Shown piece after piece: positions 25,101-33,151 of a stretch of DNA of 33,151 nt. The stretch is taken from the NCBI GenBank assembly GCA_044866005.1, contig JBIOTN010000159.1, positions 1-33,151 on the forward strand. Direction: 5' to 3'. The stretch comes from Candidatus Rokuibacteriota bacterium (lineage in GTDB: Bacteria > Methylomirabilota > Methylomirabilia > Rokubacteriales > DASRDR01). Under the pieces are notes generated by a model. It did no database searches. It had not been told where the DNA came from and saw nothing but the letters and a program-made list of their open reading frames with translations. Position 1 is the stretch's first letter; every line of letters begins with the position of its first letter. A program made the translations under genes and the position numbers.

Positions 25101-26066
25101 TCACAGCCAGTGCCGCCGCCGGAACGAGAAGTAGAGCCCGACGGCGAACACCCCCATCAAGGCCGTGGCCGCGGCCACCCCCCACGGCTGGTCCAGCCAC
25201 GGCATGAGCTTGAAGTTCATCCCGAAGAAGCTCGTCACGATCGTGAACGGGAGCCCGATCGTGGCGATCGCCGTCAGGGCCTTCATCACCTCGTTGAGCC
25301 GGTTGTTGACCTGCGAGAGGTAGCTCTCGAGGAGCCCCGTCAGGATGTCCCGGTTGGTCTCCACCTCGTCCAGGATTCTCAGGATGTGGTCGTACACGTC
25401 GCGGAAGAACGGGCGCAGCTCCGGGCGCACGTGGGGCACGCCGCTCATGAGGTTCGTGAGCACCTCGCGCAAGGGCCCCAGGCTCCGGCGGAGGTTCGCC
25501 AGGTCCTTCCGGGCGCCGAAGACCCGCTCCAGCACGTCGCGCCGGGGCCGGGTGAAGATCTCGTCCTCCAGCGCGTCGACGCGGTCCTCGAGCTCCTCCA
25601 CGATCGGGAAGTAGTGGTCCACGACCTGGTCCAGGACGTGGTGCAGCAGCCGATCGGGGCCGTCCCCGAGCACCTGCGGGTGCTTCCGCAGCCGCTCCAC
25701 GGCGGCCGTGACGCTGCGCATGGCGTGCTCGTGGACGGTGACGATGATCCGGTCGTTCAGGAAGATGAACAGGGTGGCGAGGTCGAGGGCCGGCTCGCCG
25801 GGGTTGTGGTTGACGCCGCGCGTGACGAGGAAGAGGAAGGTCTCGTACTCCTCGATCTTCGGCCGGGTGTCCGGGTTCTGGGCGTCCTCCACGGCGAGCG
25901 CATGGAAGCCGAAGCAGGCCTCCAGGGCCTGGATCGCCTCGGGCTTCGCCCCCTCGAGGTCGAGCCAGCCCTTCGTGCCCGGCTCGCCCACGGCCCGGGC
26001 GAGCTGCTCGGCGGAGAGCCCTTCCTCGAGCATCCCGGACCGGACGACCGCGCCGTAGTGCCCCAC
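25101..26066 (-). CDS. corA: CorA family Mg2+/Co2+ transporter
   Basis: WLDL, FGFHALAVED, RPKIEEY, FFRDVYDH, NEVMKALT, GMN signature, MPWL; GTG 26066 with GGAGG (alternative ATG 26033). Confidence 0.92.
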   Translation of the reverse strand: MGHYGAVVRSGMLEEGLSAEQLARAVGEPGTKGWLDLEGAKPEAIQALEACFGFHALAVEDAQNPDTRPKIEEYETFLFLVTRGVNHNPGEPALDLATLFIFLNDRIIVTVHEHAMRSVTAAVERLRKHPQVLGDGPDRLLHHVLDQVVDHYFPIVEELEDRVDALEDEIFTRPRRDVLERVFGARKDLANLRRSLGPLREVLTNLMSGVPHVRPELRPFFRDVYDHILRILDEVETNRDILTGLLESYLSQVNNRLNEVMKALTAIATIGLPFTIVTSFFGMNFKLMPWLDQPWGVAAATALMGVFAVGLYFSFRRRHWL

Positions 26067-26083
26067 GTGGGCCTGGCCCTCCG

Positions 26084-27487
26084 CTACGGCGTGCCGAGCC
26101 CGGCCTCGCGCAGGTTCGCCACGATCGCCAGGCTCATGAGGTCCGGATCCCAGTGGGCCCGCGCGGCGCGCAGGATGTCGTCGGCCGTCACGGCCTCGAT
26201 GGCGCGCCGGTAGCGCGTCGGGTAGTCGAGCCCGAGGCCGAACTGCTCGATCCCGAGGAGCAGCCCGGCCACCTCGGCGTTCGTGTCCATCCGGAGGGGG
26301 AAGCTGCCGACGAGGTAGGCCTTGGCCCGCGCCAGCTCCTCGTCCGTCACCCGCTCCCGGCGGAGGCGGACGAGCTCCTCGCGCACGAGGACGAGGACCT
26401 CCCGCACCCGCGCGTTCTCGCTCTGGAACCCGGCGAGGAACATCCCCCCGTACCGCCCCGGCGAATACTGCGCGAACACGCTGTAGGCGAGCCCGCGCTC
26501 CTCCCGGACGTGGGCGTAGAGCCGCGAGGACGAGCCGCCGCCCAGGATGTGGCTCGCCACGACGAGGGGGTAGTAGTCCGGGTGCGGGCGGCTCACCGTG
26601 GCCTGGCCGAGGAAGACGGTGGCCTGCGTGAGGTCGCGCTGGACGGTCTCGGTCCGCGACGGCGTGCCGAGCGAGACGAACCCGGGCGCCGACAGGCTCG
26701 CGGCAGGCGCGGTCCAGGCGCCGAAGCGGGCCGTGAGGAGCGCGCGGACCTCGGCCACCGTGACGTCGCCGACCACCGCGACGATCGTCGTGTCCGGGCG
26801 GTACGTGGCGGCGTAGAACGCGGCCACGTCGTCGCGGGTGACGCGGCCGAGAGACTCCTCGGTGCCCGCGACCGGGACGGCGTAGGGGTGGCCCGGGAAG
26901 ACGAGCCGGCGGTAGAGCCGCCCGGCGACGCTCCCCGGGTCCTCCTCCGAGCGCCGGACCTCCGCCCGGACGTCCTCGCGCTTCCGGTCGAACTCCGCCG
27001 GCGGGAAGGTCGGCCGCAGGAGCACGTCGGCGAGGAGGTCGAGCCCGAGCCCGAGGTCGCGCCGCAGGACCGAGACGCCGCCGCCGCCGAAGTCGCGCCC
27101 GCCTTCGGTGTCGAGGCTCCCGCCCACGAACTCGATGGCGCGGTCGATCTCCGGGCCGGTCCGCGTCTGCGTCCCGCGCGTGAGGAGGAGCGCCGTGAGG
27201 TTCGCCAGCCCGGCCTTGTCGGGCGGGTCCAGGACCGCGCCGGCGCCGAGGGCGACGCGCACGACGACGATGGGCAGGGCGGGCCGCTCCGCCACGAGCA
27301 CCACGAGGCCGTTCGGGAGGGCGAAGCGGACCCCGAGCGGCGGGCCTTCGAGCGCGGCGGGGACCGGGGCGGCCGGGGCGGGAGCGGGCGCGGGCGCCTG
27401 GCCCGCGGCGGGCCCGGCCAGCCCCGCGAGCAGGAGCAGGAGGGCCGCGAGGGCCGGCGCGGCGACGGGGCCCGGTGCATCGCGCAT
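26084..27487 (-). CDS. M16 family peptidase, non-catalytic subunit
   Basis: Signal peptide, LPNGLVVLV, GLANLTALLLTRGT (no HxxEH), ILGGGSSSRLY..VREERGLAYSV (R/Y pair). Confidence 0.9.
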   Translation of the reverse strand: MRDAPGPVAAPALAALLLLLAGLAGPAAGQAPAPAPAPAAPVPAALEGPPLGVRFALPNGLVVLVAERPALPIVVVRVALGAGAVLDPPDKAGLANLTALLLTRGTQTRTGPEIDRAIEFVGGSLDTEGGRDFGGGGVSVLRRDLGLGLDLLADVLLRPTFPPAEFDRKREDVRAEVRRSEEDPGSVAGRLYRRLVFPGHPYAVPVAGTEESLGRVTRDDVAAFYAATYRPDTTIVAVVGDVTVAEVRALLTARFGAWTAPAASLSAPGFVSLGTPSRTETVQRDLTQATVFLGQATVSRPHPDYYPLVVASHILGGGSSSRLYAHVREERGLAYSVFAQYSPGRYGGMFLAGFQSENARVREVLVLVREELVRLRRERVTDEELARAKAYLVGSFPLRMDTNAEVAGLLLGIEQFGLGLDYPTRYRRAIEAVTADDILRAARAHWDPDLMSLAIVANLREAGLGTP

Positions 27488-27494
27488 GGCGTGC

Positions 27495-27500
27495 ATTATA
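27495..27500 (-). promoter_or_regulatory. -10 box TATAAT, probable leaderless start
   Basis: TATAAT-gcacgcc-ATG(27487); no SD possible in between. Confidence 0.6.
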
Positions 27501-27532
27501 TCGCCTCGACGGCGGTTCCCCGCATTCTCGCG

Positions 27533-28663
27533 TCAGTCGAGAGACTTCCGGAAGCGCAGGACCGCGAGCGTGAAGATGGCGACGCCGAAGACCACGAGCG
27601 GCCAGATGTCCGGCCAGAGCTCGCCGAGGCCGATCCCCTTCAGGACGATGCCGCGGACGATCCGCAAGAAGTAGGTGATGGGCAGGATGCGGGCCAGGTA
27701 CTGGGCGGGCTCGGGCATCCCCTCGAGGGGGAAGAGCAGGCCGGAGAGGTAGATGGAGGGGAGGATCGCCAGGAACCCGAGCTGCATGGCCTGCGGGATC
27801 GTCCGCGAGAGCGTCGAGACGTAGATGCCGATGCCGAGCGTCCCCATCATGAAGAGCGCGGAGAGGGCGTAGAGCAACGCGATGCTCCCGCGGATCGGGA
27901 CGCCGAAGACGTAGTGCGCGACGATCAGCGCCAGCGTCATCTGCCCGTAGGCGACCAGGAGGTTGGGGAGGATCTTCCCCAGCATGATCTCCCAGCGGCG
28001 CAGCGGGCTCACGATCAGCGCCTCGAGGGTCCCCCGCTCGCGCTCGCGCACGACGGCCACCGCCATGATGGTGATCGTGGTCTGCATGAGGAGCGCGCCG
28101 ATCAGGCCGGGCACGATGAAGAGGGCCGACTGCTGGTCGGGGTTGTACCAGGCGCGAACCCGGACGTCGAGCCCCACCGGCTCGCGCTTGAGCACCGCGC
28201 CGCCCGTGGTCTGGCTGAGGATCTCGAGCGACCGGGAGAGACCGAGCGCGGTGGCGGCGTTCATGGCCGACCCCGCCACCTGGGGATCGGAGGCGTCCAC
28301 GATGACCTGGATGGCCGCACCGCCGCGCCCGCGGAGCCGGGGCGCGAAGTCCGGAGGGATGACGATGCCGACCTTGGCGCGGCCGGTGTCGATCAGCCGG
28401 GTCAGCTCGGCGGGCGAGGCGACGTAATACGTGAGGTCGAAGTACTGGCTGTTGGCGAAGGCCTCCAGCAGGGTCTGCGCCTCGACGTCGCGGGACTGGT
28501 CGAACACGGCCGTGGGGAGGTGCTTGACGTCGGTGTTGATGGCATAGCCGAAGATGAAGAGGAGCGCGACGGGGATGAACAGGGTGAGCGTCAGGGCCAT
28601 GGGATCGCGGCGGAGCTGGAGGAACTCCTTCCACACGATCCCGACGAGCCGCCCCCCGATCAT
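27533..28663 (-). CDS. ABC-2 type transporter permease (YbhR/YbhS-like)
   Basis: KEFLQLRRD, FGYAINTDV, WYNP, VRERERGTLEALIVSP, LSGLLFP, PITYF. Confidence 0.93.
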   Translation of the reverse strand: MIGGRLVGIVWKEFLQLRRDPMALTLTLFIPVALLFIFGYAINTDVKHLPTAVFDQSRDVEAQTLLEAFANSQYFDLTYYVASPAELTRLIDTGRAKVGIVIPPDFAPRLRGRGGAAIQVIVDASDPQVAGSAMNAATALGLSRSLEILSQTTGGAVLKREPVGLDVRVRAWYNPDQQSALFIVPGLIGALLMQTTITIMAVAVVRERERGTLEALIVSPLRRWEIMLGKILPNLLVAYGQMTLALIVAHYVFGVPIRGSIALLYALSALFMMGTLGIGIYVSTLSRTIPQAMQLGFLAILPSIYLSGLLFPLEGMPEPAQYLARILPITYFLRIVRGIVLKGIGLGELWPDIWPLVVFGVAIFTLAVLRFRKSLD

Positions 28664-28692
28664 GGGGCACCTCGGAGGGGACGCCGAGATGC

Positions 28693-28731
28693 GACGCTCA
28701 TCGGCCCGGCCGAGACGCTCATCGGCCCGGC
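28693..28731. repeat. 18-bp direct repeat duplicating the ABC ATPase stop region
   Basis: gacgctcatcggcccggc at 28693-28710 and 28714-28731 (period 21). Confidence 0.7.
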
Positions 28732-29702
28732 GACGAGACCGCCCGGAGCTGCTCGCGCAGCCGCGTCTTCCGCTCCCGGTCCACGAACGAGATGAAGAGG
28801 TCCTCGACCGACGGTGTCACGACGGACACCGTGGCGTCGAGGCCCGCCGCGCGGAGCCTGGCCCGGACGGCCTCGGGCGCGACGTCCTCGCGGGCCGCCA
28901 CGACGCGGACCAGCGGGCCGTAGCGGACCACCTCCTCGGCCTCCGGCCAGTCGCCGAGCAGCTCGGCGGCCCGGCGGGGCTCGGGCCCCTCCACCTGGAA
29001 GACGGGCTTGCGGAAGCTCTCCGCCTTGATGCGGGCCGGGCTGCCCTGCGCGATGAGCTTCCCCTGGTAGATGAAGCCGAGCCGGTCGCAGTGCTCCGCC
29101 TCGTCCATGTAGTGGGTGGTGACCACGATCGTCACGCCGCCGTCCGCGAGGCGGCGGATCAGCTCCCAGAACGTCCGGCGCGACACCGGGTCCACTCCCG
29201 CCGTCGGCTCGTCGAGGAACACGAGGCGCGGGCCGTGCACGAGCGCGCAGGCCAGGGCGAGCCGCTGTCGGTACCCGCCCGAGAGCCGGCCGGCCAGGAC
29301 GTCCTCGCGCCCGACCAGGTCGGCGAGCTGCACCATCCGCTCGACTCTCGCGCGACTCTCCCGGGCGGGGACGCCGTAGACCGTCGCATAGAAGGTCACG
29401 TTCTCCTCCGCGGTGAGATCGTCGTAGAGCGAGAAGCGCTGCGACATGTAGCCGATCGCCGCCTTGATCCGCTCCGGCTCGCGGCGCAGGTCGAAGCCGA
29501 GCACCCGCCCCGTCCCCTCCGTCGGCTCGAGGATGCCGCAGAGCATCCGCAGGGTCGTGGACTTGCCCGCGCCGTTCGGGCCCAGGAAGCCGTAGAGCTC
29601 GCCGGCGTGGACGACGAGGTCGACGTGGTCCACGGCGGTGAAGTCCCCGAAGCGCTTGGTGAGGCCCTCGGTGACCACGGCCGGCGGCGGCTCCACGGTC
29701 AC
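28719..29702 (-). CDS. ABC transporter ATP-binding protein (multidrug/YbhF-like)
   Basis: GPNGAGKST, IGYMSQRFSLY, LSGGYRQRLAL, FLDEPT, TTHYMDEAE. Confidence 0.94.
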   Translation of the reverse strand: MTVEPPPAVVTEGLTKRFGDFTAVDHVDLVVHAGELYGFLGPNGAGKSTTLRMLCGILEPTEGTGRVLGFDLRREPERIKAAIGYMSQRFSLYDDLTAEENVTFYATVYGVPARESRARVERMVQLADLVGREDVLAGRLSGGYRQRLALACALVHGPRLVFLDEPTAGVDPVSRRTFWELIRRLADGGVTIVVTTHYMDEAEHCDRLGFIYQGKLIAQGSPARIKAESFRKPVFQVEGPEPRRAAELLGDWPEAEEVVRYGPLVRVVAAREDVAPEAVRARLRAAGLDATVSVVTPSVEDLFISFVDRERKTRLREQLRAVSSPGR

Positions 29703-29760
29703 GGATTCGACTCCGTGCCCCGCCGCCGCGGCGGCGGGCGCGAGGACACGGAATCCATCC

Positions 29761-31080
29761 TCATGACGCCGCGACGGCGATGACCGCGTCGGCCGGCATC
29801 CCCGGCTTGAGCCGGTCGTCGGGATTCACGATCGTGACCTTCACGCGGAAGACGAGGTTCACGCGCTCCTTCTGCGTCTGCACGTTGCGGGGCGTGAACT
29901 CCGCTTCGGAGGCGATCTCGGTCACCCGGCCCTCGAAGGTCTCCCGCGGGAAGGCGTCCACCGAGACGCGCGCCGACTGGCCGATCCGCACGCGTCCGAG
30001 CTCGACCTCCGGGATGTAGCCGCGGAGCCAGAGGGTCTGGGGGTCGACCAGCGTCAACACGGGCGTGCCCGGCGTCGCCGTGGCCCCGGGCTCGAGGTTC
30101 TTGCGGAGCACCACGCCGTCGATCGGCGACTCGATCCGCGTGTCGGCGAGCCGGGCCCGGGCCTGCACCAGCGCGGCCTCGGCCTGCGCGACCTGGGCGC
30201 GCGCCGTCTCCACCTGCCCCGGCCGCGGCCCCGCCTCGATCAGCGCCAGGCGGTCGCGCGTGGCCTTCACCTCGGCCTGGGCCGCCTCGACCTGGTTGGC
30301 CCGCGGCCCGGCCTCCAGGAGGCGCAGGCGCTCGCGCGCCTGGCGGACCTCCGCCCGGGCCGCCTCGACCTGATCGGGACGCGCCCCGGCCTGCAGCAGC
30401 TCGAGCTGCTGCCGCGCGCTCCGCTCCTGCGCGCGCGCCACCTCGTGCGCCTGCCAGGCGCGGTCGCGCTCCTGGGCGGCGATCAGGCCCTGCTCGTAGA
30501 GGTGCTGAAAGCGCCGGTACTCCTTCTCGGCCCAGACGCGCGTCGCCTCGGCCGAGGCCAGGGCGCTCTTGGCCTGCTCGACCTCCTGGGGGCGCGCGCC
30601 GGCCTCGAGGTCACGGAGGCGCGCCTCGGCCTGCGCGACGGCCTGACGCGCCGCCTGGATCTCTTCCTGGCGGGCGCCGGCCGCGAGGTCGGCGAGCTGG
30701 GCCTCGGCGCGCGCCACCGCCGCGCGGGCCTCCGCGATCTCCTCCTTCCGCGCGCCGGCCAGGAGGTCGCGGAGCTGGGCGCGCGCGACCTGCACGGCGG
30801 CGTCGAGCCGCGCGACGTCCGCCCGCAGCTCCTCGTCGTCGAGGAGGACGAGCAAGGCCCCCCGGCGCACCCGCTGCCCCTCCTCGACCCGGACCTCGCG
30901 GACCCGCGCCGTCGCCTTCGGGCCGATCTCGACCTGCGTCGCCTCCATGGTCCCGGTGAGCTTGAGCCCCGGCCCACCGCCGTCGCGCCGCGACAGCGCC
31001 CACAGGCCCGCCGCCGCGCCGGCGACGAGGAGGAGGACGAGGACGAGGCTGCCCCGCAGGGCCCGGGAGAGGTTGAGCAT
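29761..31080 (-). CDS. HlyD family efflux membrane-fusion protein (YbhG-like) with extended hairpin
   Basis: N-terminal TM, lipoyl halves (VEEGQRVRRGALL; IESPIDGVV), AEFTPRNVQT..ER..LVFRVKV, LKPGMPAD. Confidence 0.92.
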   Translation of the reverse strand: MLNLSRALRGSLVLVLLLVAGAAAGLWALSRRDGGGPGLKLTGTMEATQVEIGPKATARVREVRVEEGQRVRRGALLVLLDDEELRADVARLDAAVQVARAQLRDLLAGARKEEIAEARAAVARAEAQLADLAAGARQEEIQAARQAVAQAEARLRDLEAGARPQEVEQAKSALASAEATRVWAEKEYRRFQHLYEQGLIAAQERDRAWQAHEVARAQERSARQQLELLQAGARPDQVEAARAEVRQARERLRLLEAGPRANQVEAAQAEVKATRDRLALIEAGPRPGQVETARAQVAQAEAALVQARARLADTRIESPIDGVVLRKNLEPGATATPGTPVLTLVDPQTLWLRGYIPEVELGRVRIGQSARVSVDAFPRETFEGRVTEIASEAEFTPRNVQTQKERVNLVFRVKVTIVNPDDRLKPGMPADAVIAVAAS

Positions 31081-31089
31081 GGCCGCGCC

Positions 31090-32433
31090 CTACCGGGCCG
31101 GCGATGCTCCGGCGGGCGGAACGGGGATGAGGATCGCGGTCGTCTGGTGGTCCCGGACGAAGTACTGGCGGGCGACGCGCCGGAGGTCCTCGGCCGTCAC
31201 GGCGCGGATCTTCGGCAGGTACTCCTCGGAGAGGCGCCAGCCTCCGACCAGCTCGTGCCGGCCCAGCGTCGAGGCGCGGCTGTACACCGAGTCCTGCCGG
31301 AAGATGTACGCGGCCTCGATCTGGTTCTTGGCGCGCTGGAGCTCCTCGTCCCCCACGGGCTCGGTCTGGACCCGCTCGACCTCCGCCATGAGCGCCTTCT
31401 CGATCTCCTCGATGGTCTTGCCGGGGAGCGCCGTCGCGTAGAAGGTGAACGTGTCGGGGTCGCGGCTCAGCCGCGAGTAGTCGCCGCCTGCGTCGAGCGC
31501 GAGCCGCTGCTCGTAGACGAGCCGCTGGTAGAGGCGCGAGGCGCGGCCGGCGGAGAGCACCGTGGAGAGGAGCTCGAGCGCGTAGCTGTCGGGCGACTGG
31601 ATGTTGGGCGTGTGATAGCCGATGAAGATGACCGGGAGCTGGGCCTCCTTCTTCACCCAGACGCGCCGCTCGCCGCGCTGCTCGGGCTCGACGACGCGCA
31701 CGGGCGGCGGGTCCGGGCCGCGGGGGACGCCGCCGAACGTCGCGCGCACCTTCGCCAGCATGGCCGGGGCCCGGAAGTCGCCGACGAGCACGAGGATCGC
31801 GTTGTTCGGCTGGTAGTAGGTGTCGTACCAGGCGCGCAGGTCGGCGGCCGTGAGCTGGGGGATGTCGGTGGCGAAGCCGATCGGCGGGATCCGGTAGGGG
31901 TGGGCCTTGAAGGCGACGGCGTTGAACTCCTCGGCGAGCGCGCCGATCGGGTCGTCGTCCGTGCGCGTCCGCCGCTCCTCCATGATCACCTTCCGCTCGG
32001 CGTCCACCTCGCGCGGGTCGAGGAGAAGGTGCCGCATGCGGTCGGACTCCAGGTCCAGGACGAGGTCGATCTTGTCCGCGACGATGTTGACGAAATAGAC
32101 CGTCGTGTCCTGCGCCGTGTAGGCGTTTTCCTGGGCGCCCTGCTCCTCGAGGAGCCGGGAGTAGAGGCGGGGACCGTACTTCGGGGTCCCCTTGAACATC
32201 ATGTGCTCGAGGTAGTGGGAGAGCCCGGAGAGGCCCACCCGCTCGTTGCGCGAGCCGACCCGGTACCAGACCTGGAGCGAGATCACGGGGCTCCGGTGGT
32301 CCTCGAGGAGGAGCACCTTGAGGCCGTTCGCGAGGGTCGTCTCGAGGACGTCCGCGGCCTGCGCCTGAGCGGCGCCGAGGAGGAGCAGGCAGGCCAGGAA
32401 CGGCGCCGCGAGTGGCCGGAGGCGCGGAGTCAC
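31090..32433 (-). CDS. M16 family zinc peptidase, catalytic subunit
   Basis: Signal peptide, TLANGLKV, VGSRNE, HYLEHMMFKGT (HxxEH), ERKVIMEERR, YQPNNA; GTG at 32433. Confidence 0.93.
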   Translation of the reverse strand: MTPRLRPLAAPFLACLLLLGAAQAQAADVLETTLANGLKVLLLEDHRSPVISLQVWYRVGSRNERVGLSGLSHYLEHMMFKGTPKYGPRLYSRLLEEQGAQENAYTAQDTTVYFVNIVADKIDLVLDLESDRMRHLLLDPREVDAERKVIMEERRTRTDDDPIGALAEEFNAVAFKAHPYRIPPIGFATDIPQLTAADLRAWYDTYYQPNNAILVLVGDFRAPAMLAKVRATFGGVPRGPDPPPVRVVEPEQRGERRVWVKKEAQLPVIFIGYHTPNIQSPDSYALELLSTVLSAGRASRLYQRLVYEQRLALDAGGDYSRLSRDPDTFTFYATALPGKTIEEIEKALMAEVERVQTEPVGDEELQRAKNQIEAAYIFRQDSVYSRASTLGRHELVGGWRLSEEYLPKIRAVTAEDLRRVARQYFVRDHQTTAILIPVPPAGASPAR

Positions 32434-32439
32434 GCGCCC

Positions 32440-32445
32440 ATTATA
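32440..32445 (-). promoter_or_regulatory. -10 box TATAAT, probable leaderless start
   Basis: TATAAT-gggcgc-GTG(32433); no SD in between. Confidence 0.6.
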
Positions 32446-32455
32446 CACCGCGGGG

Positions 32456-33151
32456 TTACGCGCCCCGCCCACCCCGCGGCGCGTCCGTCTCGGACGCGGC
32501 CCGCCGCGCCGCCGCCGGCCTGCTGAAAGGGCCCGCGCGCAGCCGAAAGGCCGGGCGCGCGGCCATCGCGACCGGCACGGCGGCGAACCCGAGCAGCGCC
32601 GCGAGGTAGCACCCCCAGGCGAACGAGCCGGTCCGGTCCCGCACCCAGCCGGTCAGGTAGGGCGCGAGCAGGCTGGCGACGAAGGCGAGACTGTTGAGGA
32701 GCCCGAAGGCGATCCCCAGGACGCGCGGCGGGAACAGCTCGGACAGGAGCGCGTAGACGGGCGCCCAGGCGCCCCAGACGAAGAAGCTCGCGAGGAACAC
32801 GAGCGCCGCGAGGAGCCCGACCGGCCCGTGGGCCTGGACGGTGAGCCCGGTCGCCGCGATCAGGACCGCGGCGCCGAAGATGGCGCCCGCGAAGACCACC
32901 TTGCGAGCGATCCCGTGGCGGTGGAGCCGATCGGAGAGCGCGCCGAGCGCGAGGAGCCCGGGGGGCGCCGCGACCCCGAGGAGGCTCGCGTAGAGCGCCG
33001 AGCGCCCGAGTGTCCCGACCCCCGCCTCGGCGAAGAGGGCCGGTCCCCACGTGCCGATGACCCACTGGGTCCAGACCGGCGCGATGCCGGCCAGCCCGAG
33101 GATCCAGAGGTCCCGCTCCGCGAAGACGTCGGCCATGGCCGGCGCCGGCTC
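32456..33151 (-). CDS. MFS transporter, C-terminal half (truncated by window end)
   Basis: Hydrophobic helices, GALSDRL, SELFPPRVLGIAFGLLN, TGWVRDRTGSF; frame stays open to the window edge. Confidence 0.88.
   Translation of the reverse strand, partial: EPAPAMADVFAERDLWILGLAGIAPVWTQWVIGTWGPALFAEAGVGTLGRSALYASLLGVAAPPGLLALGALSDRLHRHGIARKVVFAGAIFGAAVLIAATGLTVQAHGPVGLLAALVFLASFFVWGAWAPVYALLSELFPPRVLGIAFGLLNSLAFVASLLAPYLTGWVRDRTGSFAWGCYLAALLGFAAVPVAMAARPAFRLRAGPFSRPAAARRAASETDAPRGGRGA

Noticed and set aside
25101..28670. 1189-aa ORF suggesting a giant CorA fusion
   Set aside because: Only the last ~321 aa are CorA; the rest is Arg/Pro/Gly-rich off-frame shadow over the M16 and permease genes.
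177..32609. Many long plus-strand ORFs (e.g. 6347-8377, 11708-14203, 26153-28795, 30445-32526)
   Set aside because: Antisense shadows of well-supported minus-strand genes, expected at high GC; no family motifs.
1..33151. CRISPR array, tRNA/rRNA, riboswitch, integrase or IS
   Set aside because: No spaced repeat array or recognisable RNA or mobile-element signature by eye; intergenic gaps are short. An Rfam/Infernal scan would be needed to exclude small RNAs.

Overview
High-GC bacterial DNA, about 29 genes, all on the minus strand except one antiporter. The host is possibly Ca. Rokubacteria/Methylomirabilota (inference from GC and repeat style, not verified). The core is a ~17.6 kb, largely translationally coupled type II PKS/FAS-like cluster (22710->5058) behind a near-consensus sigma70 promoter. 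Gene order: SRPBCC cyclase, FabG, an elongated ACP, AcpS, FabZ-like, KS, FabZ-like, Cys-less KS, fused KS-CLF didomain, FabH-fold protein, FabD, LolD/LolE/LolA-like export plus outer-membrane beta-barrel, flavin-dependent halogenase, carotenoid-cleavage-type dioxygenase. Active-site reading shows unusual chemistry: the two FabZ proteins each keep only one half of the His/Glu dyad, and the FabH-fold protein has all three triad residues replaced (C->G, H->E, N->A). No enoyl reductase, thioesterase or starter ligase is present, so a halogenated, oxidatively cleaved polyene-type lipid is the working hypothesis. Flanks: NtrC-type two-component pair, AsmA-family protein, CPA2 antiporter with an Arg-rich C-terminal module, CorA, a split M16 peptidase pair around a HlyD/ABC efflux cassette, and a partial MFS transporter. 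No rRNA, tRNA, CRISPR array or transposase was seen. All calls come from motifs read by eye; no database searches were run.
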